Assembly: GCA_019058245.1 (NCBI GenBank)
Contig: JAHPZJ010000030.1
Coordinates: 155,294 to 219,293, forward strand
Direction of reading: 5' to 3'
Length of the DNA: 64,000 nucleotides
Origin: Promethearchaeota archaeon
Lineage (GTDB): Archaea; Asgardarchaeota; Lokiarchaeia; Sigyniarchaeales; SOKP01
The notes under the pieces were generated by a model. That model searched no databases. It saw only the letters and a list, made by a program, of their open reading frames with translations, and was not told where the DNA came from. The translations under genes were made by a program, and so were the position numbers. This document shows, piece by piece, positions 56,428-64,000 of this stretch (positions within the stretch are counted from its first letter, which is position 1; each line of letters begins with the position of its first letter).

Positions 56428-57861
56428 ATGTCTGAACCATCATTAGAAAATTTGTTAAGGGATGCCAGAGTTGATCTGGTATTATCTAGAATAGAGAGTA
56501 ATCCATCTGTAATTAGTGAAGTTATTAAATATTTGGATAGTTCAATAAGATCTATAAAATTCAATTCAATTAACGTTTTAGGGCAAGTAGGAGACAAATC
56601 CAAAACCGCTGTTCCTAAGTTAATAAAACTTTTAGAGGATGAGGATTGGAGTATTTGTCGAGAAACTGTACGTTCTTTGGGAAATATTGGAGAGCTTGCA
56701 AAAGATGCAATACCCAATCTATCGAAATTGCTTAATAGTAAAGAAATATCTATTCGCAAAGAAGCCGCAATAAGTCTTGGTAAAATAGGAAATCCAACTA
56801 AAGATTCAATTTCAGGTTTAGTTAAGGCATGTAATGATGATAGTGAGGAAGTTCGAACTGAAGCAGCAAGAAGCATTGGAGAACTAGGGCCAGAAGCTCA
56901 AGGATCTATACCACAATTAATGAAGTGTCTTAAAGATGCAGATTGGGCGGTTAGAACAGCTTCTGCTCAATCAATTAGTAAGATTGGAAAAGGATCTACA
57001 ATAGCCATTCCTCAACTGATTCAATCATTAGAAGACAAAGATTGGAGAGTACAATACAGAGTAATAAATACATTGGCGGATATTGGTCGAGAAGCTGTTC
57101 AAAGCCTTTTAGAAGTATTAAACCATAAGAAAAAAAATGTCAGAATTGGAGCAATTGATGCTTTAAGTGAAATGAAAATAAGTGATCCAGAAGTTATAAA
57201 TAGGTTAGCTATTCTATTAAAAGATAAAAAAGAAGCTGTACGAGGAAAAGCCGCATATGCTCTTCGAAATATTGGAAAAGATAGCATTCCAGCCTTAGTT
57301 AAAGCACTTGATACAGCTAATAAAAAAATGCAGATCGTAATTCTTACAGCAATAGGAGGAATTGGTAAGGATGCAGCAGAGGTAATCCCCACTATTATAA
57401 ATTTTCTAAAGCATCCTGAACAAGATAATGAACTTCCACTCTCACAGTCGTTCTTTGGAAGAATAGGACAAGCATTTTCAACATTTTTTACTGATCCAAC
57501 CTCAACAAAAAGTAAAATTCGTGTTGAAGCAGCAAGAACTCTCGGTAGAATTGGACCAGAATCGGAAAATGTTATAAAAGCCCTTGAAATAGCATTAAGA
57601 GATCCAAAGAAGAATGTTCGTCGGGAAGCCGCTCTTGCGTTAGGTAAATTTGGATCATTATCAAAAATGAGTATTCCATCTTTGATCAATGCATTAAATG
57701 ATAGAAGTCCAGATGTAAGATGGAGAATTTCTGAAGCGTTGGGTAAGATAGGTGAAAAAACAACAGAAGTTGTTTCAATCCTAAATGAATTAATACATGA
57801 TAAATGTGATTATGTATGTGAATCAGCTTATAATGCTCTTGATGAATTAACTGGTGAATAA
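56428..57861 (+). CDS. HEAT-repeat (PBS-lyase-type) protein, about a dozen ~31-aa repeats
   Basis: 477-aa ORF starting 11 nt after the livF stop. The repeating pattern is D(x)W(x)VR(x)xAAxSLGxIGxxAxxAIPxLxxxLxD, for example DEDWSICRETVRSLGNIGELAKDAIPNL, DADWAVRTASAQSISKIG and SPDVRWRISEALGKIG. Confidence 0.8.
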   Translation: MSEPSLENLLRDARVDLVLSRIESNPSVISEVIKYLDSSIRSIKFNSINVLGQVGDKSKTAVPKLIKLLEDEDWSICRETVRSLGNIGELAKDAIPNLSKLLNSKEISIRKEAAISLGKIGNPTKDSISGLVKACNDDSEEVRTEAARSIGELGPEAQGSIPQLMKCLKDADWAVRTASAQSISKIGKGSTIAIPQLIQSLEDKDWRVQYRVINTLADIGREAVQSLLEVLNHKKKNVRIGAIDALSEMKISDPEVINRLAILLKDKKEAVRGKAAYALRNIGKDSIPALVKALDTANKKMQIVILTAIGGIGKDAAEVIPTIINFLKHPEQDNELPLSQSFFGRIGQAFSTFFTDPTSTKSKIRVEAARTLGRIGPESENVIKALEIALRDPKKNVRREAALALGKFGSLSKMSIPSLINALNDRSPDVRWRISEALGKIGEKTTEVVSILNELIHDKCDYVCESAYNALDELTGE

Positions 57862-58135
57862 AGAAGATCTTAAGATAAAATTTTAACAATTTATTTAAAA
57901 ACTTTTTAACAATTTAGAGAATTTAAAAAATAACTTATTGAATCTTAAATTCAATTTTTATTAACAAAAATCCAAAATTAATTGATTTTTTACAAAGAAT
58001 ATCGTCTTTATATTTTCTAACTATTTCTTAGTAAAATTGAATTAAAGATCAGCCATAACCTTATTATTGGATCGAAATTTTTATTAATATTATAAATGTA
58101 AATTTAAAAATTATACAATAGATGGTTTTAAGAAA

Positions 58136-59836
58136 ATGAGTGAAACTAATCCCTATGCAAGTAAACCTTGGTTAAAACATTATGATGAAGGAGTTCCAGC
58201 TAGTATTGATTATCCTGAAATTAATATTAGTAAATTTTTAGATGATTCAGCAAAGGAGTTTGGAAGTCGATCAGCTATTTGGTTTTTGAAAGAGAAAATC
58301 TCTTATAAAAAGTTAAAAGATTTCACTGATAGGCTTGCTACAGCATTAGTAGACTTAGGAGCTAAAAAAGGTGATGTTGTTGCTCTAATGATGCCAAATT
58401 TTCCTCAATTTATAATAGGTTATTATGGTATTTTGAAAGCAGGAGGTATTGTTACTTCAGTAAATCCTCTATATACAGAACATGAATTAGCATACCAATT
58501 AAATGATGCAGGAGCAGAAATAATAATTGTCTGGGATAACCAATTAGATAAAGTATTAAAAGTAAAAGAAAGAACTCGTCTCAGATATATAATCATTTCC
58601 AATGTCTTTGATTTTGCTCCAAACGCTAATCCTCTCGGTAAAAGAGAACCTCCTGAAATCGCTGGAACATTGCAACTATTAAATCTGATAAATAAAACCA
58701 AACCTAAACCTCCTAAATTTGAAACAAATGCAAAAGAAGATCTAGTATGCCTTCAATATACCGCAGGTACTACAGGATTACCCAAGGGGGCAATGCTAAC
58801 ACATTATAATATTACATCGAACGTTTATATGGCTGCAGAATGGGTTAAGAATGTACTAACAAGGGGGAAGGAAACTACTCTTACCAGTATGCCTTTAGTT
58901 CACATTTATGCCCAAACAGTCTGTATGAATTTGGGTATATATCAAGGATCAACTCTCGCTTTACATCCTGATGCCAGAGATCAAAGAGCTTTATTTGAAA
59001 TAGTAAAAGCAACTCATCCTACTGCTTTTCCTGGTGTACCGACGTTTTATATGCGATTATTAGAACGCGATGATCTTGAAGATTACGTTAAAGATCTTAA
59101 ATCACTAAAAGTTTGCAATACTGGTGCTGCTCCAATGCCTCCAGAAGTTCTAAATGAATTTGAAGAAAGAACCGGAGCTGTTATTTTAGAAGGATATGGA
59201 ATGACTGAAACTTCACCATCAACAATTTCCAATCCATTCGGAGGACAAAGAAAAATTGGTTCTGTTGGACTCCCATTTCCTGATACTGAAGTTAAGTTAG
59301 TTAATATTGAAGATTATAACCAGATCGTACCTCAAGGGGAATCAGGTGAGATAATGATAAAAGGACCTCAAGTTTTTAAGGGTTATCTTAATAAACCCGA
59401 AGCCACCGCGAATCAATTAAAAGATGGATGGGTTCTTACAGGTGATATCGCAGTAATGGATGAAGATGGCTACTTTTTTATCGTAGATAGAAAGAAAGAT
59501 ATGATTAATGTAAGTGGATTTAAAGTATTTCCAAGAGAAGTTGAAGATCTATTATTTGAACATGAAAAGATAGAAAAGTGTGCTGTTATTGGGGTTCCTG
59601 ATACTCTAAAGCCTGGAAGTGAGAAAGTAAAAGCTTACATTGTATTAAAAGATGATTTTGCAGAATCACCAGAAATAGAAGCTGAAATAAAAGAATATTG
59701 TAGAAAAAATTTGTCTCCTTATAAAGTACCAAAATTTTTTGAATTTAGAAAAGAACTTCCAGAATCTTTTACAGGAAAAGTTCTTAGGAAAGATCTAAAA
59801 GAAATTGAGGCATCGAGAAGAGGAGAAGAAATCTAG
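58136..59836 (+). CDS. AMP-forming acyl-CoA synthetase, paralog 2
   Basis: 566-aa ORF with YTAGTTGLPKGAMLTH, EGYGMTE, TGDIAVMD and KVPK. It is colinear with and highly similar to 10667-12448. Confidence 0.85.
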   Translation: MSETNPYASKPWLKHYDEGVPASIDYPEINISKFLDDSAKEFGSRSAIWFLKEKISYKKLKDFTDRLATALVDLGAKKGDVVALMMPNFPQFIIGYYGILKAGGIVTSVNPLYTEHELAYQLNDAGAEIIIVWDNQLDKVLKVKERTRLRYIIISNVFDFAPNANPLGKREPPEIAGTLQLLNLINKTKPKPPKFETNAKEDLVCLQYTAGTTGLPKGAMLTHYNITSNVYMAAEWVKNVLTRGKETTLTSMPLVHIYAQTVCMNLGIYQGSTLALHPDARDQRALFEIVKATHPTAFPGVPTFYMRLLERDDLEDYVKDLKSLKVCNTGAAPMPPEVLNEFEERTGAVILEGYGMTETSPSTISNPFGGQRKIGSVGLPFPDTEVKLVNIEDYNQIVPQGESGEIMIKGPQVFKGYLNKPEATANQLKDGWVLTGDIAVMDEDGYFFIVDRKKDMINVSGFKVFPREVEDLLFEHEKIEKCAVIGVPDTLKPGSEKVKAYIVLKDDFAESPEIEAEIKEYCRKNLSPYKVPKFFEFRKELPESFTGKVLRKDLKEIEASRRGEEI

Positions 59837-59867
59837 AATAATTTTCAGCGTTTTTTAAAAATATTCT

Positions 59868-60026
59868 TTAAGTAAAATTTTTTTCTTTCCATTTTTTTAT
59901 AAAATCTTTAAAGCTGTTTTCAGGGATACCAAGAGAATTTGCTATTTTATGATTTAATAACTTATTTGATTTAGATTTATCTCCAAAAGACTGTTGCCAA
60001 TCATAATAGCTTATTGCTTTAGACAT
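59868..60026 (-). CDS. possible unannotated 52-aa protein with an HTH-like segment
   Basis: ATG at 60026. Translation is MSKAISYYDWQQSFGDKSKSNKLLNHKIANSLGIPENSFKDFIKKWKEKNFT*. It is below the track cutoff. LLNHKIANSLGIPENSFKDFI looks like helix-turn-helix. Confidence 0.25.
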   Translation of the reverse strand: MSKAISYYDWQQSFGDKSKSNKLLNHKIANSLGIPENSFKDFIKKWKEKNFT

Positions 60027-60272
60027 AATAATAATATTAAAATTTACTTAAATAAACCAAGATAGTGTATCAGTTTTCTAATAATCTATATGATAAATAT
60101 AATCTATCATATCATAATTACAAATTTGTATATTTAGGTTTAAGTCTTACAATCTATTAGTCGTGCCAAAAGGACAAAAAAATGAAATAAGCAAAGATAT
60201 ATAATAGAAAAAGTTCATATACTACGTATTAGAAATATATCCGACAAAAATTATCGATTTCTAATTTTCTAT

Positions 60273-60286
60273 TATAGAATATATTT
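60273..60286 (+). promoter_or_regulatory. another copy of the TATAGAATATAT word, 134 nt upstream of the aldo/keto reductase gene
   Basis: The exact 11-mer ATAGAATATAT lies at 60274-60284. This copy shows the word is not restricted to phosphate genes. Confidence 0.25.
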
Positions 60287-60420
60287 TTTTAGGTCGTCCT
60301 GCTTGTTCTCCTTTTATAATTTTTTCTTCTTTTTTTTTACAATATCCTAATCTTTATATCTTTGTGAATAATTAGTATAAGATAATTAAGAATAAGAGTA
60401 ATATAATTGGTTGAGAGAAA

Positions 60421-61296
60421 ATGATACCTAAGCTGGAATTTGGAAAAACTGGACATTTGAGTACACGAATTATTTTTGGAGCTGCTGCTCTTAGTAATGT
60501 TACTCAAGCTGAAGCGGATCAAACCTTCGAAGTCCTTCTTAAATATGGAATAAATCATATTGATACAGCTGCAGGTTACGGTGAATCAGAATTACGTATT
60601 GGCCCATGGATGGAGAAACATCGTAATAAATTCTTCCTTGCTACAAAGGTATTTAGACGGTCGTATAAAGATGCCCTTAATCAGATAAATAGTTCACTTG
60701 AAAGATTGCGAGCAACTTCAATAGATCTAATTCAATTCCATAATTTAACGTCTAAAGACAGCTGGAAAAAAGTAATGGGGTCTGATGGGGCATTGAAAGC
60801 TGCTATTGAAGCCCGTGAACAAGGATTGGTTAAATATATCGGGGTAACTGGACATGGATATACGGTAGCTGCTATGCACCAGAGAAGTTTAGAACAATTT
60901 GAGTTTGATTCAGTTCTTTTACCCTATAACTATGTTATGATGCAAAATTCAGAATATGCAGCAGATTTTGATAATCTCTTGGAAATATGTAAAGAGCGAA
61001 ACGTAGCAGTACAAACAATAAAATCTTTAGCACGTGGTCCATGGGGGAAAAAGAAAAGGATACGATCTACCTGGTACGAACTATTTAAAGATCAAGCTGA
61101 TATTGACCGTGCTGTTCATTGGGTTTTAGGAAGAGAAGGTATTTTCCTGAACTCTAGCGCCGATATTCATATTTTGCCCAAAATACTTGATGCTGCTATA
61201 CGTTTCAAGAAAGGTCCTCCAGAAGAAGAAATGCAAGGAAAAGTTATTCAGTTAGGAATGAAACCTATATTTGATGGGAGATCTTTAGTCTTGTAA
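60421..61296 (+). CDS. aldo/keto reductase
   Basis: 291-aa ORF with [35 protein letters not shown] and IDLIQFHN, typical of the AKR N-terminal half. Confidence 0.8.
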   Translation: MIPKLEFGKTGHLSTRIIFGAAALSNVTQAEADQTFEVLLKYGINHIDTAAGYGESELRIGPWMEKHRNKFFLATKVFRRSYKDALNQINSSLERLRATSIDLIQFHNLTSKDSWKKVMGSDGALKAAIEAREQGLVKYIGVTGHGYTVAAMHQRSLEQFEFDSVLLPYNYVMMQNSEYAADFDNLLEICKERNVAVQTIKSLARGPWGKKKRIRSTWYELFKDQADIDRAVHWVLGREGIFLNSSADIHILPKILDAAIRFKKGPPEEEMQGKVIQLGMKPIFDGRSLVL

Positions 61297-61361
61297 TTTT
61301 GAATTTTAACTAAAATTTTAAAAAAGAAACATTTATATTTTTTATCATTATTATATCAGTC

Positions 61362-61385
61362 ACTGGTAGTCCAGTAACTGGTAGT
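61362..61385. promoter_or_regulatory. direct repeat ACTGGTAGT x2 with embedded inverted repeats ACTGG/CCAGT, candidate PadR operator
   Basis: ACTGGTAGT-CCAGTA-ACTGGTAGT is read directly, 60 nt upstream of the PadR start. It is GC-containing in an AT-rich spacer. Confidence 0.35.
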
Positions 61386-61444
61386 TTTTATAATAAGTAA
61401 AATTTTTAGTCATAAATACAATTGTCTATGATTTTTAGTTAACT

Positions 61445-62026
61445 ATGGTTGAAAATTATCATAAGAATTTTGAAAAAGTAGTAAAAAAAAATTTCATTAA
61501 TATCTTTATCCTTAGTATTCTTGAGAAAGGTCCTTCTCATGGTTATAAAATCGGACGTGAAATAGAAAAGCGTACTCTAGGGATATGGGAACCAAGAGCA
61601 TCAACGCTATATTGGATACTTAATAATCACAGGGAAAAAGGATTTATAAAACTCATTGAAGATGATAAAAATAGAAAAGTTTACAAGATTACTGATAAAG
61701 GTAGAGAAACTTTAAAATTAATGAAACAAACTCAGCGAAACATACGTAAAGCTTATCGTCATTTTTTAACATCTTCAATTATAAACGATGGTTCTATTGA
61801 TATAGAAGAACTCGAGCACTTTAGTGAAGTTCCAAATATCCAGATGTTACCAATTGCATTAAAGGCAGATAAGTTTAATGGGAAATTAACTCTAAATGAA
61901 AGACTCCAGATTTTAGAAAAGATGAAAGCCTCAATTATAGAAAATCGAGATCGCTTGAATAAATATATTACTGATTTTGATAATACAATCTCACAAATTA
62001 AAAATGAATTGGATAAAGAAAATTGA
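61445..62026 (+). CDS. PadR-family transcriptional regulator with a long C-terminal coiled-coil region
   Basis: 193-aa ORF. The winged-helix pattern is ILSILEKGPSHGYKIGREIEKRT...STLYWILNNHREKGFIK...KVYKITDKGRE. Confidence 0.8.
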   Translation: MVENYHKNFEKVVKKNFINIFILSILEKGPSHGYKIGREIEKRTLGIWEPRASTLYWILNNHREKGFIKLIEDDKNRKVYKITDKGRETLKLMKQTQRNIRKAYRHFLTSSIINDGSIDIEELEHFSEVPNIQMLPIALKADKFNGKLTLNERLQILEKMKASIIENRDRLNKYITDFDNTISQIKNELDKEN

Positions 62027-62076
62027 TATAAAACAATTAAGTAAAAAAAAATAAAAAATAGAGTTGAAATAATTAA

Positions 62077-63048
62077 ATGAGTGAAGATATAATTAAAAAA
62101 AAAATTACTTTCCTTACTTTTCTTATATCATATAGATGTACAAATGAATGCAAGCATTATGCATTACAAGCTTCTCCAAAACAAGACAACATTTCAATAG
62201 AATTAGAAGATGTAAAAAGATACATGAAAGATATTACTTCTAATTATGATATAGGGGAAGTAGGTTTTTTTGGAGGAGAACCATTTCTATATTTTGACTT
62301 GTTGGTTAGTCTCGTTGAGGAAGCGAAAAAATATGATATTCCAAAGATTGGATTACCAACAAATGGATTTTGGGGAAAAAATAGTTCAATAGCCAAGGAT
62401 TATGCCTTAAAATTAAAAGAAGCAGGTTTAAATCACATTGGCTTTAGTATTGATGCTTTTCATCAAGAATTTATTTCACTTGATGTCGTTAAGCGTGCGA
62501 TAAAAGCAACTTATGATGCTGGAATTGAATGGATACATTTGATTGCTCATACTGTAGGATCTAAAAATGAGAAAAATTCTTTTAACGAACAAACAAAGAA
62601 AATTATTGATGTTCTTTCAAAAGAATTTGAGTCTTTAGAAACCATCACTACTGATCTACAAGTAAAAGGTAGAGCTGCTAGAGAACTTGAAAGAAACTAC
62701 ACAATGACGACGAAACTCTTTGATAGATGTCTTTACTTTAAGACACCAATGTTTATGATAGATCCTTATGGATGGGTTTTTCATCAATCATGTCTGGGAA
62801 TTTGTATAGGGAATGCTAAGAAAAAATCTTTATCTGAAATAATAGAGAATTTTAACTACAGAAAACATCCAATAATAGGAAAGTTAGTTGCTAAGGGAGG
62901 GCCTCAAAATCTTCTTGAAATGGCAATAGAAAAAGGATATAAACCGCAGGATGGATACGCCGATAAATGTCACCTCTGTTTTAGTGCATTGAATTATCTC
63001 CGCCCTTATTATCCTAATATCATCGAACCTTCTAATTTGTATTTCTAA
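62077..63048 (+). CDS. radical-SAM-like protein whose cluster motif reads CxxxCxxY
   Basis: 323-aa ORF. ISYRCTNECKHYAL has Cys at 62137-39 and 62149-51 and Tyr TAT at 62158-60. It also has GFFGGEPFLYF (GGEP motif) and C-terminal Cys pairs (SCLGIC, DKCHLC). Confidence 0.6.
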   Translation: MSEDIIKKKITFLTFLISYRCTNECKHYALQASPKQDNISIELEDVKRYMKDITSNYDIGEVGFFGGEPFLYFDLLVSLVEEAKKYDIPKIGLPTNGFWGKNSSIAKDYALKLKEAGLNHIGFSIDAFHQEFISLDVVKRAIKATYDAGIEWIHLIAHTVGSKNEKNSFNEQTKKIIDVLSKEFESLETITTDLQVKGRAARELERNYTMTTKLFDRCLYFKTPMFMIDPYGWVFHQSCLGICIGNAKKKSLSEIIENFNYRKHPIIGKLVAKGGPQNLLEMAIEKGYKPQDGYADKCHLCFSALNYLRPYYPNIIEPSNLYF

Positions 63049-63161
63049 GTATTTTCAAAACCAAGCCATTTTGGGAAAATTAATCATTTTTCTTTTTTTT
63101 TAATTCCGAACTTGAAATATTGGTTAAACTTATTTTGTCTTATTTAATTTAAAATCATAGT

Positions 63162-64000
63162 ATGTTTATTTATTTAGAGAATTTAGAAGAAACGGAAAAT
63201 GATAATAAAGAATTACTTTTAATTCCAAAACCTCGCTATTTTAGATTGAAAAATGTTAAAAAATGGAAAATTACAGAAAATTCAATACTATATACGGATT
63301 TGGATCGTGAATATTTCTTTATTATTGAGCAATTCCAAGAAAAGTTGAATTTTTTTGGATTTAGAAAAGAGTTAGAAATCAATCATGTAAATAATTTTAA
63401 TCAATTACCAAAAATCAAATCAATTAAAGATACAGTTTATTCCAATTTTCCTGATGGTTTTTATAACAAAATCTTAGATGAAAAAAATTATATAGAACAA
63501 GGTTATATCTTAATTTCCAATAATTCTACAATCTATATAGAAGCACCATCTTATCAAGGAATATTCTATGGATTCCAAACTTTGATGCAGTCATTAAATT
63601 CAAGTCAAAATAAATTATCCATAGCTGAAATCAATATAATTGATTTTCCTCTATTAAAGATTAGAGGGATCTCTGATGATATTTCAAGAGGTCAATCACC
63701 TACAATTGATAATTTAAAAAAGTTCATCAAAGAATTAAGCTATTATAAAATAAATCAATATTATTTAGCCTTCATAAATGATATGTTTAAATTTTCAAAT
63801 TATCCTGAAATTGGGATAAACATAGGTAGATACTCAAAAGAGGATATATTAGAATTGCAGGAGTTTGCTAATAAATGTTTTATACAGTTGATTCCTATTT
63901 TTCAGACTGTAAGTAATTGGGATAACATTTTACATCATCCTGATTATTGGAAATATGGAGAATTTCCTGGTTCGGATAGTTTAAATTTAAGTAATGATAA
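63162..64000 (+). CDS. glycoside hydrolase family 20 (beta-N-acetylhexosaminidase)-like protein, 5' part, runs off the right edge
   Basis: Open frame from the ATG at 63162 to the window end (279 codons). It has [68 protein letters not shown] and LIPIFQT. These match the GH20 N-domain and start-of-barrel pattern. It is not in the track because no stop lies in the window. Confidence 0.55.
   Translation, partial: MFIYLENLEETENDNKELLLIPKPRYFRLKNVKKWKITENSILYTDLDREYFFIIEQFQEKLNFFGFRKELEINHVNNFNQLPKIKSIKDTVYSNFPDGFYNKILDEKNYIEQGYILISNNSTIYIEAPSYQGIFYGFQTLMQSLNSSQNKLSIAEINIIDFPLLKIRGISDDISRGQSPTIDNLKKFIKELSYYKINQYYLAFINDMFKFSNYPEIGINIGRYSKEDILELQEFANKCFIQLIPIFQTVSNWDNILHHPDYWKYGEFPGSDSLNLSND

Noticed and set aside
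56391-57889. Three minus-strand ORFs (161, 196 and 67 aa) antisense to the HEAT-repeat gene
   Set aside because: The sense strand shows a clear periodic HEAT-repeat protein. The antisense translations are low-complexity (S/L/I/P-rich) with no motifs, typical shadow ORFs of a less AT-rich gene.
60088-60112. Hairpin ATATGATA-N9-TATCATAT in the spacer before the aldo/keto reductase gene
   Set aside because: It is an A/T-only 8-bp stem in an AT-rich spacer. Such inverted repeats are expected by chance here.
7916-60558. Remaining short track ORFs nested in or antisense to longer genes. Examples: 7916-8113, 9721-9963, 10878-11570, 13242-13433, 14277-14522, 15071-15259, 18897-19100, 19887-20255. 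Others: 31056-31238, 32593-32841, 33249-33455, 34614-35387, 36333-36596, 37337-37528, 38759-38947. Also: 50592-50783, 51815-52003, 53126-53335, 54386-54577, 55497-55796, 58423-58701, 60337-60558.
   Set aside because: Each overlaps a longer ORF that carries recognisable family motifs. The nested ORFs show no motifs and have biased low-complexity composition.

Overview
This is a strongly AT-rich 64-kb chromosomal window (about 30% GC by eye, not computed) that looks archaeal. Supporting signs are a family-B DNA polymerase with all exo and pol motifs, a tRNA-Thr(UGU) split by a ~29-nt intron at a non-canonical anticodon-loop position, and an AbrB-PhoU regulator. A NadM-like adenylyltransferase, a multi-cluster radical SAM enzyme of the Tes/GDGT-MAS type and membrane-anchored solute-binding proteins point the same way. 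The lineage cannot be fixed from the window; an uncultivated, possibly Asgard-like archaeon is only a guess. I support about 50 CDS, 1 tRNA and several candidate regulatory words. I found no CRISPR array, rRNA, transposase or integrase. Main blocks: (1) 0.6-12.4 kb holds housekeeping and accessory genes (GNAT, NMNAT-like, alpha/beta hydrolase, TetR, SAP+SWIM protein, SDR, pncB, acyl-CoA synthetase). (2) 12.8-16.6 kb is an isoprenoid-lipid flavoured cluster: radical SAM, a coupled 95-aa protein, a polyprenol-kinase-like membrane protein and a coupled 191-aa protein. (3) 18-22 kb holds a zinc-ribbon protein, PolB and the tRNA. (4) 23-38 kb is a phosphate super-locus: an NPP/alkaline-phosphatase-family enzyme, an orphan ABC importer with two non-equivalent ATPases and a DUF47 protein, pstS, a fused pstC-pstA, pstB, phoU, and a divergent AbrB-PhoU regulator. 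(5) 41.8-50.4 kb is one 8.6-kb gene for a 2866-aa protein made almost entirely of transmembrane helices (about 90 by eye) with tandem 4-helix modules. This is the stand-out unexplained feature. (6) 50.6-59.8 kb is a Liv-type ABC importer with a 925-bp ORF-free gap, an in-operon HEAT-repeat protein and a second acyl-CoA synthetase paralog. (7) 60-64 kb holds an aldo/keto reductase, PadR, a radical-SAM-like protein with CxxxCxxY, and a GH20-like gene running off the right edge. All functional calls come from motif reading by eye; no database search was run.
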